Shown here piece after piece: positions 36,284 through 49,089 of a stretch of DNA of 64,000 nucleotides. The translations under genes and the position numbers were made by a program. Where the stretch lies: the NCBI GenBank assembly GCA_965649765.1, contig OZ287760.1:868001-932000 (forward strand), in the 5' to 3' direction. Source of the stretch: Bispira polyomma (lineage: Eukaryota). Within the stretch, counting starts at the first letter, position 1. Each line of letters opens with the position of its first letter. The notes under the pieces were generated by a model. That model did no database searches and was not told the origin of the DNA. It saw only the letters and a list, made by a program, of their open reading frames with translations.

Positions 36284-36380
36284 TTGGCCCCAAAGAATAC
36301 GTCTTAGGCTTAAATCAGTATACTTTTGTGCTAGATTTAAGCCTAAGACCTGGCTAGGTCCTTTCGTGAATATGGGCCCA
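36284..36380. mobile_element. Mini Harbinger-like hairpin element
   Basis: gtcttaggcttaaatc / gatttaagcctaagac inverted pair; end tttcgtgaatatgggccc. Confidence 0.55.
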
Positions 36381-36516
36381 GTCCTATATTAAATTTAGTT
36401 ACCATTTGACCTAGGTTTTTCAGTAACTTTTAATGTGCAACACTGTCGTCTTACTTTTACCTGATAAGTATATGATAATGCAGATCAGAACCTAAATTTT
36501 GTTCACCTATGGTTAA

Positions 36517-36779
36517 CCCTTTCAACCCCGAGGTTTTGACCCAGTGGCAATTGTTACTCCCAGATCCCATGTCTGTCGGCAGGCAGTCAACACCCCCAAA
36601 ATATTATTGTATTTTCCTTCAGTTCCTCGCAATAGGAAATTGTCAGTACAACAGACTTCCCACTGAATTCCAGAAGTTGTCAGCGGTGTGTGTTTTAGTG
36701 ACTCCAACTATCTCGTAACCCATAATCCCAAAAATTTCCTTCAGTTTCTAGCGATAGTTTTCTCCCAGTGGCAAAAGGG
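36517..36779. mobile_element. piggyBac-like MITE
   Basis: TTAA|cccttt ... aaaggg|TTAA; related fragments at ~8517-8790, 26640-26900, 46424-46850 and 47500-48020. Confidence 0.85.
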
Positions 36780-37090
36780 TTAAGGTTCCTGACATTGTAT
36801 GGACAGCTTAAATGTTTGACCCATATTATCTGGACTTTTTGGAACATCTCCAACATATCAAGATATTGTTTTCCTTGCTAATAGCCTGACTAATTTATTA
36901 TAGACATTACTGTTGGTCATTTGTAAAATAAGATTTAGAAACCTGGAGATCAATCAGTAGATATGACGTGATTCAATGGATATACAATGTATTAAATAAC
37001 ACTGATTATATTTTATCAGGGAATAGAAAACAGAAAATCATTCTGATCTTTAAAAATAATTGTCTTAAATTGCAGATACTTTGTGTGTAC

Positions 37091-37660
37091 ACAGTGAGTT
37101 TATTTCTCTTTGAGTAAGTTGAGGTGCTGTGGTGGCCTACTGGTTAGACAGTGAGTTTATTTCTCTTTGAGTAAGTTGAGGTACTGTGGTGGCCTACTGG
37201 TTAGACAGTGAGTTTATTTCTCTTTGAATAAGTTGAGGTACTGTGGTGGCCTACTGGTTAGACAGTGAGTTTATTTCTCTTTGAGTAAGTTGAGATGCTG
37301 TGGTGGCTTAGTGGTTAGACGGTGAGTTTATTTCTCTTTTAGTAATTTGAGGTGTTGTGGTGGCTCAGTGGTTAGACAGTGAGTTTATTTGTCTTTTAGT
37401 AATTTGAGGTGTTGTGGTGGCTCAGTGGTTAGACAGTGAGTTTATTTGTCTTTGAGTAAGTTGAGGTGTTGTGGTGGCTCAGTGGTTAGACAGTGAGTTT
37501 ATTTGTCTTTTAGTAATTTGAGGTGTTGTGGTGGCTCAGTGGTTAGACAGTGAGTTTATTTGTCTTTGAGTAAGTTGAGGTGTTGTGGTGGCTCAGTGGT
37601 TAGACAGTGAGTTTATTTGTCTTTGAGTAAGTTGAGGTGTTGTGGTGGCCTAGTGGTTAG
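37091..37660 (+). repeat. 57-bp minisatellite (10 copies) made of flank plus SINE A-box
   Basis: Unit acagtgagtttatttctctttgagtaagttgaggtgttgtggtggc(c/t)(t/c)agtggttag; last copy continues into the SINE. Confidence 0.95.
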
Positions 37661-37825
37661 AAGTGTTGGCTTCATAATCACTGGTCACTCAACAATATGG
37701 ATTTTAATTCTGTTTGTTCATGTGGAAAAGTTCGGTACTTGTCAGTAGTTTACACAGTTGTTTCTGCACGGATTTCTACCACCATTGATTCGAACATGTT
37801 AAAAGCCACATAAAACTCAAATAAT
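37634..37825 (+). mobile_element. SINE (V-domain-like family)
   Basis: gtggtggcctagtggttagaagtg...aatcactggtc...catgtggaaaagtt...gtagtttacacag...atttctaccacca...atgttaaaagc. Confidence 0.78.
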
Positions 37826-39936
37826 TATTAAAAATTATTTGAATAGTTTGGTCATTATTAAACATTAAGGATTAATTTGAAAGACTTTAAATGAGATAGA
37901 AGTGTCGTAAAAGTTTTAAATCTAATTGTGCTGAAATGTATGCTGTTCTTTTTTAAACTCCAGTGGCCCTGTGTTTCACTTTGTCCATACTTTAGGTATT
38001 TGCCGTTTTAACAGCCAGCTTTTTCATCGCAACTTTGAAATATTGGAATTAGATTCAACAATTTCTCAAGAAGGATTAGTTAACATATATCTTAAAAATA
38101 AATTTAGTGATCTGTGTAAATGATTTAACAGTATTTCCAAGGTATTAGAAACTCTAGTGTAAGTTTTTATGATAATTTCTTTGTGCAAAGTATCGGGAAC
38201 TAAAAACTGCTGTAACACTCTAATTGTTGACTGCTGTTCTACAATATACTTAAGTGATTAAAGTCATAATTTAATGTTGAAAATAGAAGGCCTTTTTAGG
38301 GCAACTTCTGCAATCATGATACAAGCTAAGCTGTAGCAAGTGACCGGATATCACCCAATTAAATTCCTCCCCAGAACAATACAATTTGAAAATGTCTGTG
38401 CGAAGTATCATGTCCTAAAGACTCTTTGAGCAGCCTGATTGTTTACTGCTGAACTGTAATGTCCTTGAGGGATCCAGATAATTAAAGGCCCTGAATCAGT
38501 AGCTGTAGAACATGTAGTTTGTGCATCGTTAGTTGACAATCTGAAGAGTAAGTGCTTTGAACATTGGTAGATTAAGAAGTCAAAAAATTCACTGTTCACA
38601 AGAACTAAATGAAACATGCACAAAAATGGTGTTTTACAGTAAATGTGTGTCCGTCTTTCCTAGGTGTAGTGATTTGGGTACTAGTACAATGTTTTGTTGG
38701 TTTTTAATCTTAAGTCTATACATAAAAAAGTGATCAATGAGTCAGGTTTTTTTTAAAAAAAAAACATGTACAATTGTGATGGAGTGTGAATATGCTTGAT
38801 AGAATTGCATACTATTTTAAATTGATAATATTACAGCATTAATATTTGTAATGGGTAAATATAACTAAAGAATGAATTTAAAACTTAACCAATTGAAGTA
38901 ATAGTATTTGTCTGGGTTTTTAATGGGAATTATCAACACACCAGACCGCTAAGTTAAAAGTGTTTACAGGTTAGGGGTTTTTCCTATAGTTTCTGGGTAT
39001 GGCGACTTCACACGTTGCTGTTTTAGCTTTTAAGGGTCATTTATAAACACAATTATATTTTTCCACTTTCTTACTGTGGGGCTAAATGGTCAACTAAAAA
39101 AGGTGAGGTGATTAATAGTTTGCAATTCTGCAAAAGTTCTATTAGTACACAGCTATGTGCAAGTGGGTACACTGCAGTGGCAGGTAAGTTGAATTCCTTA
39201 CAATTGTTAACTAGTTTGCACATTGTGCAAGTCTGCGCATGTGCACACTAGTTGATATCAGCGGTAGAAAGGTAGAAACATGGTAGAAAACGTGTCGACA
39301 GCCTAATCTCAGAACTGTTCGTGAACTGTGGTCTCAAATGTGCATCGAGTCTAGAGTTTGGACTCTTGTGCTCCGGTTTTCTTTTTGGGGTAGATTCTGA
39401 TAACGAATCCGCGAATATTTCTGTTATATTTTTTTGGTCAATTACATTAGTATCCCACGGCGGTGGCCTCGATTTCGAAATATTGTAGTTTATAGCTGTA
39501 CTTTATTTGCAGGGACGTCTTTAATGCGCAAGTGGGTGCGCTGTGTATAAAAGCATGGGGATTTCCCTGCAATAACCACAACTTTAAACCAAAGAAATAA
39601 AATGTAATTTAAAGAAATTGCATCAAATAATAAAGCCACAATCTTCAATGGTTTATAAAAAATGAGGTTTGCAAAGTTCTATTTTTTTTAAATATATTAT
39701 TACTACCGCAGATTTGAGTAATGGGTGATAATGGAAGTTCCTATGTATATGGATAGATCGTTTTCGGAATGCATTTCGACCGCCAAGTAGTGACTGGGTC
39801 ACTATTTTCGGAATCGACAGCAAACGTGCTGGTATGGCTAATCCTTGTATTTTCGGACTACCTCATATTTTCAGCCCATATCATGTTTTGGGTCTTAAAT
39901 AGAGGTTAAATTGTCTGTAAACGAACAGATACTTTA

Positions 39937-40168
39937 TTGCTTGGGGTCATAATTCGGCCACCTTTCATAAATCGGCTACCTGTCATAAATCGGCCACCAT
40001 ACAATAAATGTGTCGTAACTTTGAATTAACAATTCTGTACTTCCTTGAATATTGGTATTGTGTTCTATTTCAATCCTATTGTCTATTTTGTACCAAGATT
40101 AGGAAAAATTTCCATTTAAAATGTGGCGGCCAATTTACAACTGGCGGCCGAATTATAACCACAGGCAG
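39937..40168. mobile_element. TA-flanked palindromic MITE (copy 2, inverted relative to 6729-6964)
   Basis: Ends ggcggccgaattataaccacaggcag|TA; interior is the reverse complement of copy 1. Confidence 0.85.
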
Positions 40169-41589
40169 TAGTTAATGTTGGACTTATTCAAATGAACCAG
40201 CATCAGTTTATTTTGAAACTTAATTATAAAAAATAGCCTGAAAAGCAATTGAAACCTTGAGTGTTTAGTATTGGCGTGATAGGCTCAAAATAGGTGAACC
40301 TTCATACGTGGCCATTTGCCGCCTTTTTCTTGTTTGGTAAGTTGTTTCCGTTATTCAGCTCGATTAATCCCTTTTTCCCATGCTAAACTTAACCTTAAAG
40401 TCCAAAATTTGCTTTGAATAATGACTTCTGGGTAACTCAAATGATCGAGGATTAACTAAAGATTACAATTTTATAAACTGTTAGGGATTGAGTTCAGCTA
40501 CTTTTGAGTATTGTCCATTTGAGTTTGACCAAATCCACTGTAATTAGAAATGTAATGTTAATTATGTTAGGATTATATTGAAGGACTTTTGCAAAGTACA
40601 CGGCTGGCGTTTCTATTAATATAGTATGGCTACCTCTTGTTATAATGCCACCAGTCGAAAATGTGTCAAATGGTAGATTTTAATCATAATTAATCCATAT
40701 TTTAATTGTTTGCAAATTTTTGTTCTTTTTTCACTGTTTCATGGTAAATCTCAAACTTGATTATGCGGCCCAGAAATTGGACCTCAAGCAAGTGCATGGC
40801 CTCAGGCATGTGCATAGCAAACTAGTCAGCGGCCTACGGCTGCTCTTTTCTTGTTTTGCAAATGCCTCCAATTCTACAAACGTATAGTAGTACATATATG
40901 GAGAAATCACCAGGGTACCACAAGTTGACTGGTGAGTGGTGAAGCATGTTTTTGTGGGTGAGCACGGTTTCAGTCAAGTCTGTCAGTATATTTGAGATGT
41001 TCAATCAAACCCCCTACACCCCTATGCTGTTTCCACAGTGTACCAGTTTGTTACTGTGTAAACATTGCTAGATGAATCAGGTGTGTGGTTACACGACAAT
41101 GGTACACAAAACACCTCGCGTCACACCAGTCTGTAGACCTGGCTTTATAGTCGCCACCGTAGTCGTAATGCAATCGGCCAGTAGTTAAAATTCCAAAATA
41201 TACAGCGGTACTAGTTTGAATGAAAATTGATCTATATATTATCAAATTATGACCCGAGTGACCACGATTTTAGGGTGTTAGTGATGATAGATCGACCCAA
41301 AAGTGTACTCGTCCAACCATTGTCGAGCAGTATCTGAATAGAACTGCTATCACAAATTCTGAATTCTGTTGCTTCCATGTTGATCTAGAATTTTTTTTTC
41401 TAGTATGAGGCCCCATATATTGCTAAATGTTTTATGAACAATCTTTGCATGCATGCAGTTCTATAAAGTAGCCTACAGTAAAGCATTCACTAGAGTTACC
41501 TTTTGGAGAAGATATTGACTCCTAAAACAAACACCCAAGCTTTGAAAAGTGACGATAAACCCCCAAAACTTTACTTGACCTAATTTGAG

Positions 41590-41927
41590 GGAGAGAGAGC
41601 TTGATATATAAATGTATGTGTACATATCTACACCGACTTGTAGCGGGGTATAACAGAACTCAAGAGCGTGCAGTACACAAAGTATACACACATAGAGTAC
41701 TCATACTTTCCTCACAGTACACACACACACACTCTTCTTTATGACACCAGCACAAAAAGCAGTAACACAGACCAGCAGTTGGTCAAGTCTTACCCATTGA
41801 CCAGATCACGCCACCCCCCTAGTGGGGGGAGGGGAGGTGGGAGGGGGAGGTTGGGAGGGTGGGGGGGTTGGGAGGGTGGGGGGGTTCTACATGCACACTA
41901 CACATAGCACACACATGCACTACAAAG

Positions 41928-41961
<34 letters not shown>

Positions 41962-43280
41962 TGGAGCTACACACTTGTGTAGAAGGGATATAGGTCATTT
42001 AAAAAGGGTTCAAGATGCTACACAGTCCTACTGAAACGGTCTAAAAAAAGAAGGAATATGTCTATTCTACCCAATACCGTTTGATTTCCAAAAGGGTACA
42101 TATACATCTTATTGATTTATATACCTGGTGTTGGTTCTATTAACATAATAGAAACATAAACTGCACATACCATCCATTATTACTCATTAAAAATGCATAT
42201 TTTATACATACACATCTATATACATACAACAAATTAGATGATTATTACTAATATACAGAGCAAGCCATTTAAACAAAAAACTTGACATAATTTAAAAAAT
42301 AATCACAAAAATAATAATCAATACCAATAAAGACACAATATCAACCTAAAATACACAAAAGTTAAAAACACAATTGCAAACACTTGAGTCTATTTTATGT
42401 GTACTCTTTAACAGTTTTCATGAATTACTAAAAATCCTTTGTGGTTTATTGCATGTTAATTTTGTGTATATGTTGTTTTTTGGGGGGGGGGAATTAGACA
42501 GAACACTACTGTAATGCTTCATTAGGTCAAGTTTTCAAACTTCTCAATTTTGTAGTCCAAGTTTCATAGGTTCTTAAACTGATAGTTTTTAATGTTAAAA
42601 AAACCCAGAAATGTACAGTAGTGTTTCTGTTAGTAAACTGTACATTTGATTATTCCTAATACATGTAAATGTATCTTTTTGGGACAAATTCAACTATACT
42701 TCAAATCCTACAGTAGTGAGCCCTTTTTAATTGACCTGTGTGTATCTGTTCTGGAAGCATGAGTGTCTGCTGCTGCATGGTTGGGGGTCACTTCTGAGTG
42801 TGCATCTGTGAGAGACTATATAGGGTTGTGTGGTGCTAGTGGGTCGTTGCTGACTATGTATGGTTGTTTGCTGCTAGTGGGTCGTTGCTAAGTGTGAGAG
42901 GTCGTCTGACTATGTATGAATGTTTGTGGTTGTCTTTTGTCACTTTCTACCACAGGGTCCCTGGCTCAATGTATTTAATATAAGCAATGTAGCTGGTGTG
43001 TGTGTTAGTAGGTCTTGTAGACACCCCCTCCCCCCCTGACCCTCACAGGGTCTGGGTGGTCTGGCATGGGGGGATTTGGCGGCTGTTTGGGCTGTGTAAT
43101 CTGCTAGCACTGGTGCTGATGTTGTAAAGGGTGGGCGTGTGCTTGTGTGTGTATCTGTGAGGGATGTGTGTGTACTCTGCGTGTGTCTACATTGTATACT
43201 GTTCTCTTGAGTTCATCTTTTTATACCCCTACAGTCTGATCTAGGTGTAAAAATATATATATATATATTGGCTCTCCGAC
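41590..43280. repeat. Diverged inverted repeat pair (arms ~41590-41940 and ~42975-43280)
   Basis: Left gggtataa..gaactcaagag..cagtacacaaagtatacacacatagagtac..cctcacagtacacacac is mirrored on the minus strand of the right arm. Confidence 0.65.
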
Positions 43281-43359
43281 TAGACATAGCTAGTCCCCTC
43301 TTGACGTAGAAGTTAGAAAACCTTCTAGGCAACTTCTATGACTTGCCTGAACAAAACAA

Positions 43360-43590
43360 AGGGCTGTATGGGCCTAGTGCTGGAAAGTTCCACCTCACAA
43401 TCACTGGCCCCTCCCCAAATTGGGTTTGAATCCTGTTTGGACCTTTGTGTAGGAAAGTTTGTTGAGTATTTTCTGTAGGTTGGTTGTTTAGAGTGCTTCC
43501 GCACCTGGGTTTCGTCTACCATTAAATTTGACTGCCGTGATAATGACCTAAGCTGTTGAAACTGATGTAAAAAAAACACTTAAATTCAAA
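43360..43590 (+). mobile_element. SINE (V-domain-like family), near full length
   Basis: gggcctagtg...acaatcactggcccc...gggtttgaatcc...ggaaagtttg...gggtttcgtctacca...tgacctaagctgttgaaa. Confidence 0.8.
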
Positions 43591-44299
43591 TACATCGCTT
43601 TACATATAGTCAGTTCAAAATTGATAAGTGCACGATTTGACAGACATCTAAGCTTTTGTCGGTGCAAGAAAAACAGACTGTTGATTCGTCGGAAATTCGT
43701 TGGAGTCGATTATTTTGCCAAAATTATCGTAATAGTATAAATATACCAGATTATCCCAGAAATAAACAAACGTGCATGGAAACAAATGTTTATCCGTAAA
43801 AAAGATTTCAAATCCATGATCGGAATTGGTCAGAAATCTTCTCCAATAAATCATTTAAAAAAATAGAGCAATCTCTAATATCTAGTATAAACAGGTCTAT
43901 TTAGCTAGTGCAACTTACAGTGTGCCGATATGCGCTTGTGACTACACATACAATGCATATTGTCCTGATAACCTCTAGTACTGAAGTAACAGTAGCATTG
44001 TCCCCATACCTGCCAGTTATAAGGACTATAATCAGTGCTCACTTAAAATGCTTTGTGAATATTGCTCATTGTTAGTAAAAAAAAGGATGGACTGGTTCTG
44101 CTACAGGATACTACAGGTATGACAAGACTTTGGTAGTTTTTAATTATTCATTACTCTGATGTTTTCAGTTTAAATTAATAATGGCTACTTGTTTGGGCCA
44201 TTTTAGGACACAGATCACTGGGGTGAGTATAGTACAATAACAGTTTGTGTCTTTATACATTTTAAAGGTGAGATTTTAGTAGATATAAGGTATGTGATC

Positions 44300-44820
44300 A
44301 ACAATTAGACATTGCAGTGGGCTTTCTAACATTGCAGGGGGCTTTCTAACTTTGCAGTGGACTTTGACATTTGTTCATTTAACTTGCGTTTCTTCTTTAC
44401 AAAAGCTGTAGCAAATGTCGTTGCACAGCCGTGAATTTGTAAACCTTCCATACAATTTCCCTACATTCCTTTCAATTTCCTTACATTCCTTTCAATTTCC
44501 TTGCACATCAGTGAATTTTCTTGTATTAATTCCAATTTCCATACACTGCAGTGAATTTACATTCCTTGTAATTCCTTTCATTCCTTGTAATTTCCTTACA
44601 CTACAGTGAATTTCTTTACATTGCTTGTAATTGCCTTGCCCCGAGGTGGGCTTCCTTCAATTCATTTTCTTTCATTGTAGTCATTTTTCTTACCTTTTAG
44701 TGAATTTCCTCACATTCTTTGTAATTTCCTTACATTGCAGTAAATTGTCCTACACTGCAGTGAATTTCCTTACATTTCTTCCAATTTCCTTACACTGCAG
44801 TGAAATTCCTTGCATTCTTT
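44300..44820. repeat. Degenerate short repeats (aatttccttacattgcagtg)
   Basis: Motif recurs more than 15 times with variation. Confidence 0.75.
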
Positions 44821-45215
44821 GCCTTCCTTCCTTGCCCCGAGGCGGCCCTCCTTCCTTCCTTGCCCCGAGACAAGCTTCCTTCCTTCCTTGCCCCGAGACA
44901 AGCTTCCTTCCTTCCTTGCCCCGAGACAAGCTTCCTTCCTTCCTTGCCCCGAGACAAGCTTCCTTCCTTCCTTGCCCCGAGACAAGCTTCCTTCCTTCCT
45001 TGCCCCGAGACAAGCTTCCTTCCTTCCTTGCCCCGAGACAAGCTTCCTTCCTTCCTTGCCCCGAGACAAGCTTCCTTCCTTCCTTGCCCCGAGACAAGCT
45101 TCCTTCCTTCCTTGCCCCGAGACAAGCTTCCTTCCTTCCTTGCCCCGAGACAAGCTTCCTTCCTTCCTTGCCCCGAGACAAGCTTCCTTCCTTCCTTGCC
45201 CCGAGACAAGCTTCC
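44821..45215. repeat. 28-bp minisatellite, ~14 copies
   Basis: Unit cttccttccttccttgccccgagacaag; a diverged precursor copy sits at 44632-44658. Confidence 0.97.
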
Positions 45216-45889
45216 ATACACTGTACTGCACCTAACTCACAAACCAACAATTTTATACAGATCATACAAAATGTCCCTGCAAACAGACATTTATGCCCCC
45301 AGTATTGATATAATCTTATTTTGATATATAATATAAAAATCCTTCCAATGTTCAAAGCACCTATTCTTCAGATAGCCAAGTACCGACACACAAGGACATG
45401 TTCTGCAGCAAATGATTCAAGGAATTCATTTTCATGATCCCACAAGTATTAATTACAGAATGGTAGATAATAGTTTTAGGAAGACTTAAGAATAGCCATA
45501 TTACTTTTTGACATGACTTTTGACATATGTACTACAGCAGCTTTAAGATGATCAATATTTGCAATTTAATCTAAAGAAATTCAGTTGATGTTGTCCCTAA
45601 TGTTTTGATTTGTTGACCAATGTGATCTGTGATACAGCTTAAGGTTGCCACCGGAAGTTAAATGCATAATAATGTTTTTCATAATTATTGTCCTAGTCCC
45701 GAGATAAGTGTACTTGCTGTAGGTTCGTGATTTACAATGCATCAGCACTTGTTTCTTCCTCAATTGTAAGTGGCTGTCATGATATGAACCAAGCTGTCCA
45801 AAGCGACTACTGTTGATTAATGGGATCCATAATACAACTTAAGGTTACACATGGAGTAAAATGTTTAATGTGTTGGCAGTTGTTTACGT

Positions 45890-47100
45890 AATAAGTGTCC
45901 GAGTGCTTAGATAAATGACCTTGTTTTTGTCTGAACATATTTTTTGTAGGTCTTAATTACAATGATCAACTTGAGTTAAGAAGTAACATTTAAAGAGTGA
46001 CAATTAATATTCACTCCTGATCATGGGCTGTTTTGACCAGTTGTTGTGTACTTATGTACGATGTATGCTGGGTAAAATTCCAATGTTCTATTTTCAATAA
46101 TAACACAATAAAGTAGGAAGTAATCGTATTCTAATTTTTTTTGCGATTTTTATGTATTTTCTGTTATTTCCTGACAAAATAGAATCAGTGTCATTTAATG
46201 CAGTCTATATCCATTTTTTGACGTTATGTCAGTGATTATTTTGCAACTGCTGAAGCGTAATTGGCAATTGACTACAGTGTTATTGTACAGTAAACAGTCA
46301 TCGAGTATTTCAATTTTATAGTTTGGGTTTGTGCAAAATAGCCGGTGCCAACTTTCTAGGACTTGTTTATGAAACTGGGTCAGGTACATATCTACTGATT
46401 GATCTTCAGATTTCTTCTTTAACCCTTTTGCCACTTAGGTTGTCTACTGTCAGCTGATGACATTTGTTAATCCCAGTTCTTCATGAGGGGAAAATTCTTA
46501 GTGCAACAGTCTTTATTGTTTTAAACATTAGACGATAGTCTTTTTTTGAATGCCAGAAATAGTCTGTAGTGTGTGTTTTAGTGACTCCAGCTAGAACCTC
46601 TTTAACTAAAATTTCCTTCAGTCTCCTGCAATGATTTTGTGTTGGGAGTTGAAAGTGTCTATATATATATTTTTCCTCCGTTTCCTGTAATAGAAGGTTC
46701 TTAGAACAGCACACTTCAACTTAAAAAAAATTGTAGTCAAGGCCGTTACTGAAAGCCAAAAAAAGGTCTGGTGTTTCCGTGAGTTCAGCTTCATGTAACC
46801 TATACCCCCCAAAAATTCCCAGTGATAGTTTCCTGAAGGGGTTGAAGGGTTCATTTTACCTTGCTAGTTAGATGCCTACAAGTTTAAGTTCTAGTTGAGG
46901 CCTGAACATTTATGAAATTTTCGAAATTTGAGAATTACTAGTTCAATAGATTACATGTTGTTTGAGAAAGAGTAGTGTCATTGGCAAACATTGCAATTTT
47001 AAATCTGATGACAGCCATTTATATTCGGTCCTTTTATCTCCTCAGTTTTCAGTTCTAAATATACTGCCTCTATTTATGCAACTAGTATAAAAGTAAGGCC
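45890..47100 (-). pseudogene. Decayed Tx1/L1-clade LINE with inserted piggyBac-like MITEs (duplicate copy A)
   Basis: Minus strand FILVA, KIAMFANDTTL (~46970-47000), FHKCSGL, and C-terminal FHKQVLESW...EILDDCLLYN. Confidence 0.75.
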
Positions 47101-47199
47101 AAAATAAGGCATCCTTGTCTAATACTATGTGTTACTTTAAAGTAATTCGAATATTATGCCCATTATTTTTCTGCACAAGATAATTTATTATGTGTAATT

Positions 47200-48250
47200 A
47201 GTGTCCGAGTGCTTAGATAAAAAGCCTTTTTGTGTGAACATATTTTATTGTACATCTTATTAAAGTATCAACTCAAGTCAGAATGCAACTTTAAATATTT
47301 AGATATTGATAACAATTAATGGTCACTAATCTGATCAGAGGCTGTTCTGACCAGTTGTTGGTGATATTTTTACAACTGCTGAAGCGTTATTGGTCTTTGG
47401 GCTACACTGTTTTATAGTACAATAATCAGTCATTGACTATTTCAATTCTATCATTTGGGTTTGTTCAAAATACCCTGTGGCAACGTCCTAGCACTCTTTT
47501 GTTTCAAATATTAGACGTTAGGCCATTATTGAATGCCGGACATAGTCTGTGGTGTGTGTTTTAGCGACTCAAGCTATCTGTAACCTATTTACCCAAAATT
47601 TCCTTCAGTTCCCTGCGATTATATTCCTGAGGGGTTGAAAGGGTTAATATATTTTTTTTCTTTAGTTCCTCATAGGATATCGTTAGTCCAGCAGACTACC
47701 TTGTAAATATTATTCACAATGCAGTTATTGAACGCCAACCTAGTATGTGGTGTATTTTTAGTGGGGCATCCCGCGGTCTGTAATCAATTACTAAAATTTC
47801 CTTCAGTTCCCTGCTATCATTTTCTTTCTGGGTCGAAACGGATAAAAAATATTTTCCTTCAGTTTCTCGTAATAAGAAATTCTTACTAAGCACACTCACT
47901 TTAAAAAAAATGTACGCCAGGCCGTTATTGAATGCCAGAAGAGGTTTTGTGTTTTACCGACTCCAGTCATATGTAACTTATTATAGATTTGCCAGTGATA
48001 GTTAGGGTTTGAAGAGTTAGTCTTAACTTGTTAGTAAGACACCATAAGTTTGAAGTTCTAGTTAAGGCCCCAACATTTATGAAATATCTAAAACTTGAGA
48101 ATTACTAGTTCAATCAATTACATGTTTGTTTTAAAAAGAGTAGTGTCATCGGCAAACATTGAAATTTATATTCAGTCCTTTTATGCCATCAGTCCTTAGT
48201 CCATCAGTCCAATGTACTGCCATTATTTATGCAACTAGTATAAAAGTAAC
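47200..48250 (-). pseudogene. Decayed Tx1/L1-clade LINE with inserted MITEs (duplicate copy B)
   Basis: Minus strand ISMFADDTTLF (FADD at ~48145-48156) and FHKCWGL; collinear with copy A. Confidence 0.78.
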
Positions 48251-48720
48251 GCCACAACTTAAGAGCAACACTTGTCAAAATCTTTCCTAAAGTCCATTAA
48301 GATCATTCAACTTGTGAAGTATTATTATTTTGTGTCATTATGCCTGTGACAGTATACATATTTTTACCTAAATATATCTACCCGCTATGTGTCCTACTAG
48401 ATAATGGCTTATAGAACCAGTTTATGCTTATAGATATTTTGAATTCAAGAATTATTGTTTAGAAAATATCAAATGTATTTTCACGCAATGTTCATGTGAT
48501 ATTTAAATGTTTAATTTGTCACTAAAAAAAATGGCCAAGACTTTTTTTGGATGGTCTGTGTGACATGTACTCTCTCTCTGTACATAGCAATGTCCGCTAC
48601 TGACAACAGTGGTCTTCGGTTTTTTAGGCTTATATTTGTGGTTATTTAAATGTAGGCCTTAATTAAAATATCAATTCAACGTAGAATTCATGTAATTAAT
48701 TATTTACAATATTTATTTAA

Positions 48721-48957
48721 CCCCGTGACGACCCTGCCGTTTCTATTCACCAGTGCCCGTGTCTGTCGGCCAGCAGTCGGCCAAATATATAATATTATTT
48801 TATAGCTCCCTCAGCACAGGAATACTTTCTGCATGGTACAGTGCTTCTAACCTGCAACTGAATACATGTTCTAATTTCTGAGCCAATAAGTAGTAGCAAT
48901 AACGTCATGTATTATCCCTCAGTATAGTAGAATTACACTTCTTACGCGACGAAGGGG
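48721..48957. mobile_element. piggyBac-like MITE
   Basis: TTAA|ccccgtgacg ... cgacgaagggg|TTAA. Confidence 0.75.
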
Positions 48958-49089
48958 TTAATTAAATAATGTTTTACTGAACTTAATTACCATGCATAAG
49001 TACATTGGCAAATTCCCATGGTCCAGTAATAACAGTAATTACAATATAAAGCAACAAGCAGCAATTAGTTTTAGGAATACTGTATTTGA

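Noticed and set aside
39148-39545. CACAG-ended element suggestive of Transib/RAG-like termini
   Set aside because: Only ~6 bp of inverted match, no 5-bp TSD, no nonamer, no transposase; it merely shares a ~45-bp segment with 63724-63770.
44631-45355. Six overlapping 140-225-aa ORFs
   Set aside because: A stop-free 28-bp minisatellite open in all six frames.
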